Assembly: GCA_030248215.1 (NCBI GenBank)
Contig: JASANG010000641.1
Span: 186,001 to 250,000, forward strand
From: Enoplolaimus lenunculus
Taxonomy: Eukaryota
Length of the DNA: 64,000 bases
Direction of reading: 5' to 3'
The notes below the pieces were generated by a model that saw nothing but the letters and a program-made list of their open reading frames with translations, did no database searches and was not told where the DNA came from. Below, piece by piece: positions 14,123-25,929 of this stretch. Positions within the stretch are counted from its first letter, which is position 1. Each line of letters begins with the position of its first letter. Position numbers and translations under genes: made by a program.

Positions 14123-14218
14123 AATATGTATACATACATACATACATACCTAAATATATATATTTATTTAATTTATTTAGTTATTTATATATTTTTATAT
14201 AATATATACATATTATAT
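14123..14218. repeat. Low-complexity (TACA)n/(TA)n tract
   Basis: ATATGTATACATACATACATACATACC followed by an almost pure A/T run. Confidence 0.8.
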
Positions 14219-15544
14219 GGATGTTATCTCCATTTAAATAATGTAAGATGCAAACTTAAACAAGCAGAGATTTTTTATATGACAGCCAGGAGTTCATTTC
14301 CGTATGTCATGAATATTAATACTGACCTCAGTTAAAAGTTTCGACGAGCAACGCGCAACGCGCTAGAAATTGTATATTTTGACTGTACAAAATGCAATAG
14401 TTGATTCGTAAAGTTTGTAATGGTACATTTTTGGTCTCTCCAAAAATTTTTGTGTTAAAATATATCCCCTTTTTTATCCCTGGTACCTTTCTGAATGATA
14501 AACGTTCATGTTGGTCCTTGATTTTTGATTTATATTTATGCCAAAACATACGTGCGCACACTCAATTAGCTCGGTTATTGCCGATGCATCATTTATCGAA
14601 TAATGATACCTGTTTTACCTTCTGTTTAGTTTTAGCGACTATTGATGATTAGTTTATAACCAAAAAACTCTAAAAGCCATTGTTTAGTTGCCATAGGTTC
14701 TACAAGTTGTATATACAACTAAACATAATAGTTTGCTTTAGTTTATCGATCCCTGTATAGACGTTAAATAGCAGCTGGCCAAGATGCACCTGTACTCCAA
14801 GATCTATACCAATTTTTGGCAAGTTTTAAGGTTGTTGTAGGCGTTGGAGTTTTAGATCAAACGCTGGGACCATTCATTTAGAGGACGTTGTAGGTTTCTG
14901 ATGCTAAACCGCGAATAATGCACGTATATTGCGTCGGCGTTTTGCAATACCTATCGCTACAGTTCAAAATTATTTTAGAAAGTTTAAGATTGCGCCATGC
15001 TTGCATGTGTCGTGCAGTGTCACAAAGCGTCGTGTTTTTCATTGCTGTACGACGCCGGGCGTCGCAACACGAAATTTTACGCGTCGCCCTGTGTTTTTTA
15101 AAAATTATATTTCGTTGTACATACGCCGCTGTGCAGTGAGTATAACGCCGCTTTTAGCCGTAAAATATGCTATCAAAACACAATTCTACTCATTGCAGCA
15201 AGCAAATTGATCGAATCACAGCACCCAGAACGCAGAAATAATATTATACTTTTGCTTAAACCCGACCAGAATATTAAAGCCTTGAACTACCGCAAATGCA
15301 TGTAGGGGATTGTCATTCTGTTTGTCTACGTTTACGGCTTTCAATAAGGCTTCGCAAGTACGGGACGCTCATAACAGGCGTTTGCCATCAGCGCTCAACT
15401 TTAAAAAGCACAAAAGTCGAGTTTGAGGACGGCTTTATTTTGCGGTGATGGAAAGCAGTGCAATGAACTACAATTTGTTGCAGCCAATGCTTCTATAGTA
15501 ACTCTTTAAAATCTCTTTATATATAACCGCCGACTACTGCAAAT

Positions 15545-18444
15545 ATGGGTTCTGCATCAAGTACAAGCGTCGAATGGTTCCAGCGACCAGAAGAACGTGG
15601 TGCAATGACGCAAGAAGAATACGATCGGCAACCAGTCGGCCGGCATCGTCGACTGCGTAACACCATCAGCGACTATACGGAAACGTCGTTGATACTTGAC
15701 CGAGACAGCGCTGAAGACCGTCGTATCGATAGGCAAAATCGAGTTTTGAAACTAGAAAATCACGATTTGAAGAAAAAACTACGAAAATACAACAACGATC
15801 CAAACGAAGCTAGAGCTGAACTGCGTCGAAGGAATCGAGAATCATATGAAAACACGGAAAATTATAATCGAAAATGTCGAAAACATGAACGACACTATTG
15901 TCGTCGATGTCGAGAACAAAGAAAAGTGTACCGAAGAACAAAATCAGCAGATGCAATCATTCCGGCGAGACGTGATCGACGTCGAAGACCTGATGAACGT
16001 CTGGATTACAAGAATCGACGGCGGCGACAACAAAGCGATGGAAATTCTCGACGAAATCAATATCATCATCGATCTAGGGGAAGTCCCAAATCGTATGGAA
16101 AACTGCCAAAACAACGCCGCAGACGTTGGTCCGATAGTGATACACATATGCTCGCTCGCATCAAACACCGCCAACGATCAAATGCAAATGTACCGCCAGA
16201 AGCACCTCGGGACTTTCAATGGATCATTGATGTAAAACTTGCAGCGTTCGGGTTTCCTGGACGCGAAGAGAACATTGAGTAAGAATTAAATGTATTCACC
16301 AGAGTAGATACTGGATCAAGAAATTTTTACACGATTCCTCCAAACAGCACGGTCAAGATTAGAAGCCCTCACTGGTTTAGTTTGAGGATTTCTAAACTAC
16401 TGTGTTGTGGCAATTGGTTGCCTTAAAAACCTCAACATAAAACTGCGGCGCAGATCCACAAACTTTTTTCGATTTTCGCAATTATAATTCGTTATCTAGC
16501 CAACTGACTGAAAAATCTACGTACGAAAACTTGACTGCATGCGATTATTTTTAAGTTCGAACCTGAGCAATACCGATATCAGATACTAGTAAACTACTGA
16601 AACATTCGTTACAAAATTACTAAAACAATAAATTTCAGATGGCTCTATGAAGCTGGCATTGATCATGTGATAACGTTGTGCAATTTACGACCTCCGCTGT
16701 TGAATTATCCAAGCATTGGCTGGACACATATCCCAATTGATGATCACACACCGCCAAGTTTGCGACAAGTCAATCATTTTGTCAAAGAAGTCCAATCTTG
16801 CTTAAATCGTGGCAAGGTATTGTTCAAGAAACAATAAAATTGAATCAATCTATATTTTGTATGCAGGGAGCAACCGGAGGTGAAAACGACGCAGCCGGAA
16901 CTGGAGCTCAACAAAACTTCCCGGAGCCGGAGTCGAAGGTGAAGCCGGAGGCGAGACGAAATTATTGTTACTATACTGACCCGAATAAGAGGGAAGACTG
17001 ATATTTATTATTGGCATCTCCAGAGGGTATCCCTCTTGTTATTCAGTGATGCATTGTTATTTACTTTAACCTGCCCACTGCTGCCCTTCGTTACCGGCAC
17101 TACAGTAGTTAAAATTACGTTGAATTTGTTAATTTTAGAAAATCTGTGTTGTTGAATCGTTTGGTTTTTACGCTTATTTTTTACGAAATCTCGCCAATTC
17201 TTTGCTCAACATTGTACCAAATGTTCAAACGAAACACGTCAAACAGATAAATTTAGTAAAACTATGGAAAACTTTACTACCGCAAATGCCGGAACCTTCG
17301 GCTAAAATTGTGCTAGACCTGGAGCCAGAGGTGAATGTTCTGCCGGAGCCGGAGGCAGACTTCCGGTTCTACCCTGTTGTGTAGAATTCACACGAAATGC
17401 TGTCTTGTATAAAGGGTATTGTAGTGCACCGCATGAAAACAAGAGGGAAGTAATATGTCGGAGTTTCTATTTTGAGTCTGAATCACGGAATTTATATATC
17501 CCTAAGCAGAGTTCGTATTTGTATAGAGTCCAAAATTATATGCTAGTTAATAATGTTTTATTTAACCAAACTGTAAATTTCAATGAGTTGATTAATCAAT
17601 TCATCTAGCGGGTTAGTTATTTTTGAATTAATATCAGTAAACATTAACTCACTCTGACTTCAGTTGACTCTGTGCGAGTTGATTAATTAACTCAGAATGA
17701 GTTGAATCAACTCAAAATTATGAGCTCTGATAGTCCTAACTCAAACTGACTGATTGAACTCTTTCTGAGCTAAAATCAACTTACTGAAATTTACAGTGCA
17801 ATCTGTTCCATTATATGCGCAACTGCTTATTTTTTAAAGTGTACATATATTCATAGCAGCAGACTCAAGTTTTAACAACATATTCTTAAAGTATAATGTA
17901 AATCGCAGACAAAAGTGAAAGTCTTGGAGTCCAACAACAGAAAACGGGAATGAGTTGAAAATAAACAACATTCCGTTCCTGAATACCAAGGGACGTACCT
18001 GGAGAATACTTCTCAGATTCGCGATTTGAATATCCCTGGTTTGATTTTGACTTTTATTAAACAATAAACACAAATTATGTGTTTTACATTTAAAATTGTA
18101 AGTTTTTAAAGAAACTTAAATTTCCAAATCCCATATTTGTCTCAGTGTCCAATGGCAGCATTTTTGAATTTAACTTTTATATGTTCACAATTTCACAAAA
18201 CTTGAAACGTTTGATTTTAAAACAGGCAGTCGGCGTCCATTGCCGTTCAGGATTGGGTCGTACTGGCACAATGTTGGCGTGTTACTTTATTTACGACAAT
18301 CCAAACCTACAACCAGATGCCGCAATTACAATGATACGTGATTTGCGAGCTCATACTATTGAAACGAAACAACAGGAAGATGTCATTTTTCGCTACTATG
18401 ACAAATTAAACGAGGTACTCGCGGGAAACGGGCGTAGATTTTGA
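15545..18444 (+). CDS. DUSP23: DUSP23-like atypical dual-specificity phosphatase with ~215-aa Arg-rich N-terminal extension; 3 exons, ~376 aa
   Basis: Exons 15545-16278, 16639-16816 and 18226-18444 join in frame over GT-AG introns. The joined sequence reads PRDFQWIIDVKLAAFGFP...WLYEAGIDHVITL...HIPIDDHTPPSLRQV...AVGVHCRSGLGRTGTMLACY...IETKQQE, with an intact HCxxGxGRTG P-loop. This matches the DUSP23 pattern (PPNFSWV...VGVHC..GFGRTGTMLACY..IET.EQE). Confidence 0.88.
16864..17376. mobile_element. hAT-type MITE (CCGGAG repeats) in DUSP23 intron 2
   Basis: Ends CAGGGAGCAACCGGA / TCCGGTTCTACCCTG; GCCGGA repeats near both ends; TSD not cleanly preserved. Confidence 0.7.
17569..17798. mobile_element. 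CACTG-terminal foldback MITE (CMC/EnSpm-like) in DUSP23 intron 2
   Basis: ~24-bp TIR AACTGTAAATTTCAATGAGTTGATT / AATCAACTTACTGAAATTTACAGTG; CA on both flanks (2-bp TSD); internal palindromes GAGTTGATTAATTAACTC. Confidence 0.75.
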
Positions 18445-18516
18445 AACTGCGGTGCTACGTTCTACAAAAATTTCGGCCCATGTACAGATATTTGGTCATC
18501 CACGTAATAGTGCGCG

Positions 18517-18976
18517 CACTAGTGTAGAAAAATTGTCCAAGTCTGGGTAAGGACCTATGTCATTTTCAGGAACTCTTTAGGGAGGACTTTATGTTTAGAA
18601 CTAGTCTCTTTGCAGAGTCAAAGGACAACGTAGACATCCTGCTTACAGGGTGTCAAATGTCGTTGCACTCACTAGTACACAGTGCATAATGTGCTTTAAC
18701 GAGACACTCTTCGAAGGGACTATTGTTGTACATTTGTTTTAGCAGAAGCTGTGCACAAAATTAAAATTTATTTTGTAGAAACAATGCTTTAGCGAGAGTC
18801 TGCGTTTAATCAGTAGTCCCTACCGAGGGACTCTGTTTTGTCACTGCTCCCTTGAAACACTGTAAGGACAAACCGGCTATCTAAGTACTGGGTGTGTATT
18901 GTCATCAGGCCCTTGTTATGGCATCGCTTTTTGACACTCTTCTAAGTGGGAGGGTGGACAATTTTTTACAGCTATG
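18517..18976. mobile_element. CAC-terminal MITE immediately downstream of the DUSP23 stop codon
   Basis: CACTAGTGTAGAAAAATTGTCC / GGACAATTTTTTACAGCTATG; CG on both flanks; recurring GGAC/GTCC motifs inside. Confidence 0.6.
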
Positions 18977-19242
18977 CGCTTATTATTACGTGGATGATAC
19001 AAAGGACCGTGCATAAGCATTAAATCCCGCAACCCAAGGTTAAACCAAATCCTCAGGGTAAAAATATTACGTAAACATTTTCGTAAGCCCAAGCCTATAA
19101 GCCTAAACAAAAAATAATCTAAAGCGTAAGCTTTTAGAGCAAGGCAAGCGGAAAGTTTCGAAGCGGATAACTTTCTCATGTCATAGATTAAAATGCTTTG
19201 TAAAACCACAGAAACCCACAAAAGTGAGGGATTGACGCTTAA

Positions 19243-19503
19243 CCCCTTCTCACATTGAGTTGCCTGTAGGCAACTCAGCGCAGTGTATATACGTTAAATA
19301 GTATATATCGCACCGTGTAACAATTGCAACACGTATACATAGTACTAAATCACCACAAGACGTGAGAGCCTCCACGGGCTCGAGCGTCACGCTCCTTTAG
19401 CTGAGTGGTGATGGTATACGCCTCCCAGTCCAGTCACTAGAGTTCGAATCCTAGCATAAAAGTAGGTCTCAGGGGAAATAGAAAATATTCATGCGAGAAA
19501 GGG
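19243..19503. mobile_element. piggyBac-like MITE (261 bp) containing a tRNA-like A/B box
   Basis: TTAA on both sides (19239-19242, 19504-19507); TIR CCCCTTCTCACAT / ATGCGAGAAAGGG (11/13); A box TAGCTGAGTGG at 19398-19408 and B box GTTCGAATCC at 19442-19451. Confidence 0.75.
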
Positions 19504-22167
19504 TTAAAAGCTACAAGGTTACGCTTTTGACGCGGATGAATCGTAATTTGATATCTGGTTCGTTTCACGCTATTTGACAGCGTATTTTCAGCTGAAGCAA
19601 TAAAACAACGACGTTTTTCGTTACAAGCACCATATCAAGGTTTGATTTTACGGATGTTTGCATGCCGACACCGACTAAATAATGATTAAAATACATCCAA
19701 ACCATCAATTATTATCTATAAAGGTTGTCTTCAACTATTACAAAAGTAAAAATGCCAATTGGAAGCGCAGCCGCTTACCCCCACGATACGTTCAGGTTCC
19801 CTCCATTGTCTCAGTTGCTAAATAAAATAATTGTGCCGAAATTTTTTAGCGACTCAAACCTAACGATAAAACTATCGAAGTCGAGTTTAAACAAATGGTT
19901 GAAACAAACTCAAAGCATCAAAATAAATTCAATTTTCATTCAACTTTTTCACACCAAAGTTGAGTTTTTAACAAAGTTTGCACGGCTAAAAGCTGTGTAA
20001 TTTGTCCATCCATCCAAACATATCTATCAACTCAACATTAACAAAAACGCACAATTTCACAATATATATTTTATTTACAGAAACGACATTCGTCCAGATA
20101 AACTTTGTACCGGTCATGGAACAAACAAAGAAACGGGTATATTCTAATTCTATTTATACTCTATAAACCTGCAACTGCATCTACGAATTATATCAAACAC
20201 AAACGAACAAATACAACTAAACGAATATTATTTACCGCATAACGAACTGAGAACTGGTTTACTCAAAATGATTTAAATTTGAGGTGAAACTGTATTCCGT
20301 TTTGCTAAAATCTGCGTACCATCTATCACTAATTGCTGATGAACTCTGCAAAAACTAATGAATGATGAGGTTATAAATTTAGCATACTTTTAGTGCACTT
20401 GAACTAATCTTGTTTTATATTAAAAGATAGCAAAATGCCAGAGTTCGCTTGTTTGAAAACCTATTACAGTAACTGGCAATATATTTGGCTACACAGATAA
20501 CAATACGCATCCTAATCTAAAAGTTACGAAATATCCGAAAATATTTTATGGACTTCGATTTTATCTGCAACCAAGTAATCTTGATTGTTTAATAATATTT
20601 CATTCGTTTTAGAATAATTTTACTCTGTAACCAAATGTCCATGAACTTATATCCAACACATGGAGTTCGATATTATAAAGCTGTTTTTATACTATGCAGT
20701 CAATAAAGTCATTATGGAACTGTAGAAATATGTGAACTATTTATACACAGACACACACATATAAATATATATTATATATTTATAAATTATGCTTAAATTC
20801 TAAAACAATTAAGTTTGCCTTCAACGTTTCGTCAATTGATGGTAACTTAAAATGTTGATATGCATAAACAGCATTGAAGCGAAATTTGAGATGGCTTAAC
20901 ATCAGTCCAGTTTAAATTCAACAAAAACAAATCATACAATTGCATCGACCATCGCTTAAGACGTAAACCACAGCGTGAATCATACCGGGAATGTAGAAAA
21001 AGCACGTCAGTATAATATTGATCACAAGCGTCAGTGTAAATTCCCAGTTTTCGAACATTAATATTCCCAAAGGCTGAAACAGTAAACCAAAAAATTATTG
21101 ACTTTTATGCAGGGACACAGGAACGATTTTTTGCCAGGACTGCCAAACAAGAGGTCTGCAGATGCTGACCTGGCCTGAAAACGCTGAAAACACAGTGGCA
21201 ATCAAATCGCTTAAGAAATCCTCTTATCTTCGATAGGTAACTAAGAGCTACACGTCAGCAGGCGAGTTTAAAATAACCTTGAACGAAAAAGGAACGAGAA
21301 ACCAGCTCAATTTTTGCATCAAATGTTATAAATTCTAACGTGCAATTTTAGTCCTTGTAGCGTTTTAGTAACATCAACAATGATTCTAATATTTTTCTAG
21401 GGACAAATAAGGTTAAGACTTAGGCTTGGGCTTTGGTGAAGGCTTATGTAAAAGGTTCTGTTCACAAACCTATGATTCAGCTTAACCACAAAGCCAAAAC
21501 ATTTGCCTACGACTGTGGGGGCAAAGTATACAAAAGCTAAATTATTTGTACTACTACACACGGTGCAATTAGAGGTTATTCAAATCGAAGCCCCAGCCGA
21601 AGGCCGTCAGAATAGACCAACGCTGAAATGCGAGGCGCAGAGGTAAAGTAAAATATAGCCAAATAAAACGATGTTGAACTGGCTGATCTTAACGGTAACC
21701 AATAAGGTAGTCAAAATTTGTTTTGGGCTTCTTTTGAGAAATTAGGTTACACTCACCGGCGGATCCAAGGGACGGACCACGCCGGCATAGCCCTCAACAG
21801 GGATCAAAACCTACATTCTGTATAAAGGTTTGCAACTAAAATTGCGTTTGGTTTCTCACTCGCTTAGTTCGCGAAGTTTTCCCTACTATTATATTTCAAG
21901 CGTTCCGCTTTTAAAACTTTCCGGATCTGTCGCCGGAGTTACGCTGCAGCTTACCGGTATCAAAAAGGCACATAGAATGGTTAAACACGACGCACTTTCA
22001 TCTCCATTAGCCATTCTGATACCAAATATACCAATAGATCAATGCAAAGTAATTAACGTAAAAATATACAACGCATATACATTTAAAATACCCTGAAATA
22101 TAAGTAATAAGCTTGCGTGAACATCTGCTGAAATCTGAGAATACAACGCCAGATACTGCGATATCCG

Positions 22168-22363
22168 GGCCCATGTATAGACCAGGGTCGGGTCGTTTTC
22201 CGAAGGGGCTATAATAGAGTCACTTTAAGCTTTAGACTATTTTTTTGCATAGGCTTAGGTTTAGGCTTAGGATTAGGCTTAGGAATAGACTCATCTATAC
22301 GTTTAGGCTAAGGCTTAGGATTATGCTTATATTGCTGTTCCGGCCCTGTTCTATACATGGGAC
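22168..22363. mobile_element. TIR element with an internal degenerate (TTAGGC)n array
   Basis: GGCCCATGTATAGACCAGGGTCGG / CCGGCCCTGTTCTATACATGGGAC; flanks ATATCCG/GTATCCG; about 10 TTAGGN hexamers at 22250-22330; a related end lies at ~23695-23721. Confidence 0.7.
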
Positions 22364-24500
22364 GTATCCGAATAACGTGATCCCTCCTCAAAAATCCAAC
22401 CACGCCCACGTTAGAAAGGTGAGCTTACTACAGGCTTGGCCCGAAAGTATCTGTGCGTTAAACTGTGGCAAAATTAGAAAATATTGCAAATGTAAAAAAT
22501 TTGAAAACAAATTAAAAACTCACAACGGAAACCCTCCAACGCGTTTTTCTAGTAATTTCTCAACTTTCTCACTTTTAGTATTCTACAGATTATAAATGAA
22601 CTTGATCAAATATCAGCTTCATATAGCTTGCCCAAGTGAAGCCTTACAGCAATAGGCACTAGCACATTTTCATTAGTCTAAAAGCGTGACACTTCAACGC
22701 GATTCACTGTATAATTTGGTCGTCACGAACACTAATTGTGGAAATTCACATCTTAGACAAGTTTGCAATTTTAGGTCAGACGCGCAATTACGAAGGGGAG
22801 CGGTGAGCGCCGTTAACCGTTGGAGGAAAGAAATATTAAAGCTTCCAAGACTGCTCCAAAGTAACAAACAAATCATTGAGAAGCACAACTTTTATAAAAA
22901 CGCGAAAACTTGCATTAACAAATTGTGGCAACTAAATTTTCTGTCAAACCAGACCTCAAGTTATACCTACTCTGCTGTTGTTACCCATAAGCAATACAGT
23001 TCATATACAGATTAAGGCTAAATAGGCGTATGTTAAGTTTCGAAATATGCTTATGCTATCGTTATTACCCTGATCTATAATTTGGCCAATGTTATTAACA
23101 AACTCGCAGTGTTTTTACACATACAATAACAATAAACGCTGAAAAACTCCGAGTGCCATAATATTTTAACAAACAAAAACGGAAACTTGAAAAACAGCAA
23201 AAATCGACAACATAGTCAGTCATCACATATAAATACATTGCTGTTTTTATTACATTTGTATGCGGTATTTTTATAATAGCACAGAAGTGCAGCAAAAAAT
23301 GCCTCAGTAAATAGTTCGGTCGGTCGTTTTACGGAATCGGGATCGTATAAATGACGTGTAGCCAGCACAAGTGTGTAAAATATAAGATGAGCCGGCCGGC
23401 CGGAGATTTTGCATTTTACAGCAGTTTAAAAGCCCATTCAATATATGGCCAATGTGTATATATGCTTTTAGGGGCGTCCTGCATTCCGAAGTGACAGCAA
23501 AACGCAGCAAATACATACACTCCTTCCAACAGCATTACGGGAAGATGGAAAATGTGACAGGTTTGTAGCGGGCAAAACGCACAGCTCCAGAAAGTACAAC
23601 ATGGCCCCTGGCTTGTAGTCAAATTTTACTGAAACCAACTTTCGCTAAACACGACCCCAAACTAGGTAGGCCCTAGGAATATGCGTATACTACTGTTGCG
23701 GCCCTGTTCAATGCATGGGCCACTATGTATATACTGCAAAGTGCCCGTACTATGTATATACTGCAAAGTACAAATACTATACCGCTCTCGGCAAAAACCA
23801 TTCAAATTTACCTCGCTCTGTTAGAACTCACCATTAGACTGTAATCATTTTATTCAGTATCAAAAAGGCACAAGTTTGCATTTAAAACGGTTCAACTTAA
23901 TAATCCCTGCAAATAGCAAGTTAATACATACAATCGTTTCAACACAACAAATACATAGCGCTTAATTTTCCCAATACACAAATCCATGATGCGTGTAGTA
24001 GTATTATCTGTAACTGGCAAATCTTCCACTTTTTGACATCGTTAGATAATGACTGGGTTTGCAAAACCTTACCTAAATATAACTTTAGACTTTAAATAAG
24101 TATTTACTAATGAATAATTTACCAATTTTCGGTTTCTAAAAGCGCATTGCTGAAGTTAAGTAAATCTTTAAGTCACTGAAACAATTTTTGCTATGTACAA
24201 AAGACTAGAATACCATCCGCGGTATAATTAATATAGCACACCTAAGGTACCTCCTTAATATAAAGTAAAATTTTACGTTCCTTCATGTCGCACTGGCACA
24301 AATTTGACAATTCTCTATTTATGTCCAAAAAGTAAGGTATTTTACTTAAGTCGACGACTTAAGTAATGTACTTCAGTAAAATTTTAGAAACCCAACCCAT
24401 GTTTATGCTCGACGTCTAACGAATAACCAGCAGACATGGTCCTGATACAATAATCATATACATCGAGTATATATAGCGCCGAGGATATATACTTATTTAT

Positions 24501-25106
24501 CAGGGTGCGACCGGATACCAAAAACTGACGGAGCCGGTGCCGAATAAATAATTTAATATTCGTCCCGATCCGGATAATGAATGCAAATCTAATGCTAGAT
24601 TGCATTCAAATATCAGAACATAGCTTGTAATTTTTCCTTCCGTGGCGTAATGCGCCCAAAGTGTTTACGTGACAAAGTTTAACAACTCACGCCGTTGCAT
24701 TCATAACACTAAAAACGACCCTATTATACTATTCTGTTTTTGAAGCGTTGCGTTCAGTTGCAATGTTTGTTTCAATGTTTGGCCCTTGTTCCTTTTAAGG
24801 GCATACAGTTTTCCGTAGTTACTCCAGAATAATAATCGTCATCTACATGTGGCTTTCTAGCATTGTTATAATCCAATAAAGATTGTGAACGTACATTGTC
24901 ACATACAAACGTTAACATTACATGTGTGACAGAAAAAATGTGTAAAATGAAATCAATCAGTTCGATGGTACTTGGCACAAATACGCATGATGGTATAAAT
25001 TTTTCGAAGTTTTTCAAAAATAATATCCGGAAAGTTAAAATACCGGAGTCGGAACCGGATCCCGATGTCGATTTTTTGCTGGAGCCGGATATCCAGTAGC
25101 ACCCTG
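24501..25106. mobile_element. hAT-type MITE (606 bp; CCGGAT/CCGGAG repeats)
   Basis: Ends CAGGGTGCGACCGGATA / TATCCAGTAGCACCCTG; perfect TSD TTATTTAT (24493-24500, 25107-25114). Confidence 0.85.
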
Positions 25107-25929
25107 TTATTTATGAAAACGAATACAAATGGTTAAGACAAATACCACATAAAAATAAAGACAAATAACACATAAAAATACTATCCGTTTGGTCCAAAAT
25201 GTACACACACAAAAACGGTAAAAATAAACACAATCAAGCAGCCAAAAGTAAGTAAAAATTCTACAAGAGATTTAAGCAAAAAACAATATATACTGCATTA
25301 ATAGCTGGGGTTTATACACAAGTCACATTATAAACCTACTACAGGTGTATATTGTTAGAAACATCGACGTGAGTTTTAAGTATTTTCAACATTCGAAAGC
25401 AAATCCGGTGCGAAGATTTTGGATCCTACATTTTTAAAATTTGAAGACATTTTCCGTCTTTCGTTCTTGGTCTCGTATTTTCAAATGTGTACAGTACCTT
25501 TGTGACTGGTTCGTAGTGATGATACGATATGTAACTTTCGAACTACTACCTGATGAGGCTCGAAATTCTTAACATTTTTCGCATTTGATTCGCCCTATTT
25601 CAGTACTAATTTGGAGATCTGCAATTGCAAGTATTCGTCAGTTTGAAAACCTATCGCTAACTGATGATAGGTGCTATACGCATTTCAGAATATCGGCCCA
25701 GGTTTAAAACTTCATGAGACAGGCACGGTGTCATCTACTGGTCACACAAATTTTGTAAGTTTCCGTGTTAATTACAGCGAAAAGCTCAAAATTAAAGTAG
25801 ACATTCGATAGTTTAGTCAAAACTACGAAACTGAAGAGTTCAATTTTCATTTACGCTAAAATCTAACTTTTTTGGCTTATGTAACCCAGCCATTCCCTAC
25901 ACAAAATAACATCAATCAACATCCGAATT

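Noticed and set aside
15846..16235. 129-aa acidic overlapping ORF inside DUSP23 exon 1
   Set aside because: It is explained as a +1 shadow of CGA/CGT-rich Arg codons, which yield GAN/GTN codons and few stops. It has no recognisable motif.
25508..25570. Hammerhead-like core CTGATGA-GGCTC-GAAA with a possible GTAGT/ACTAC stem I
   Set aside because: Stem II is 1 bp and stem III has a mismatch next to the core, so it is most likely chance. An Infernal search with Rfam hammerhead models would settle it.
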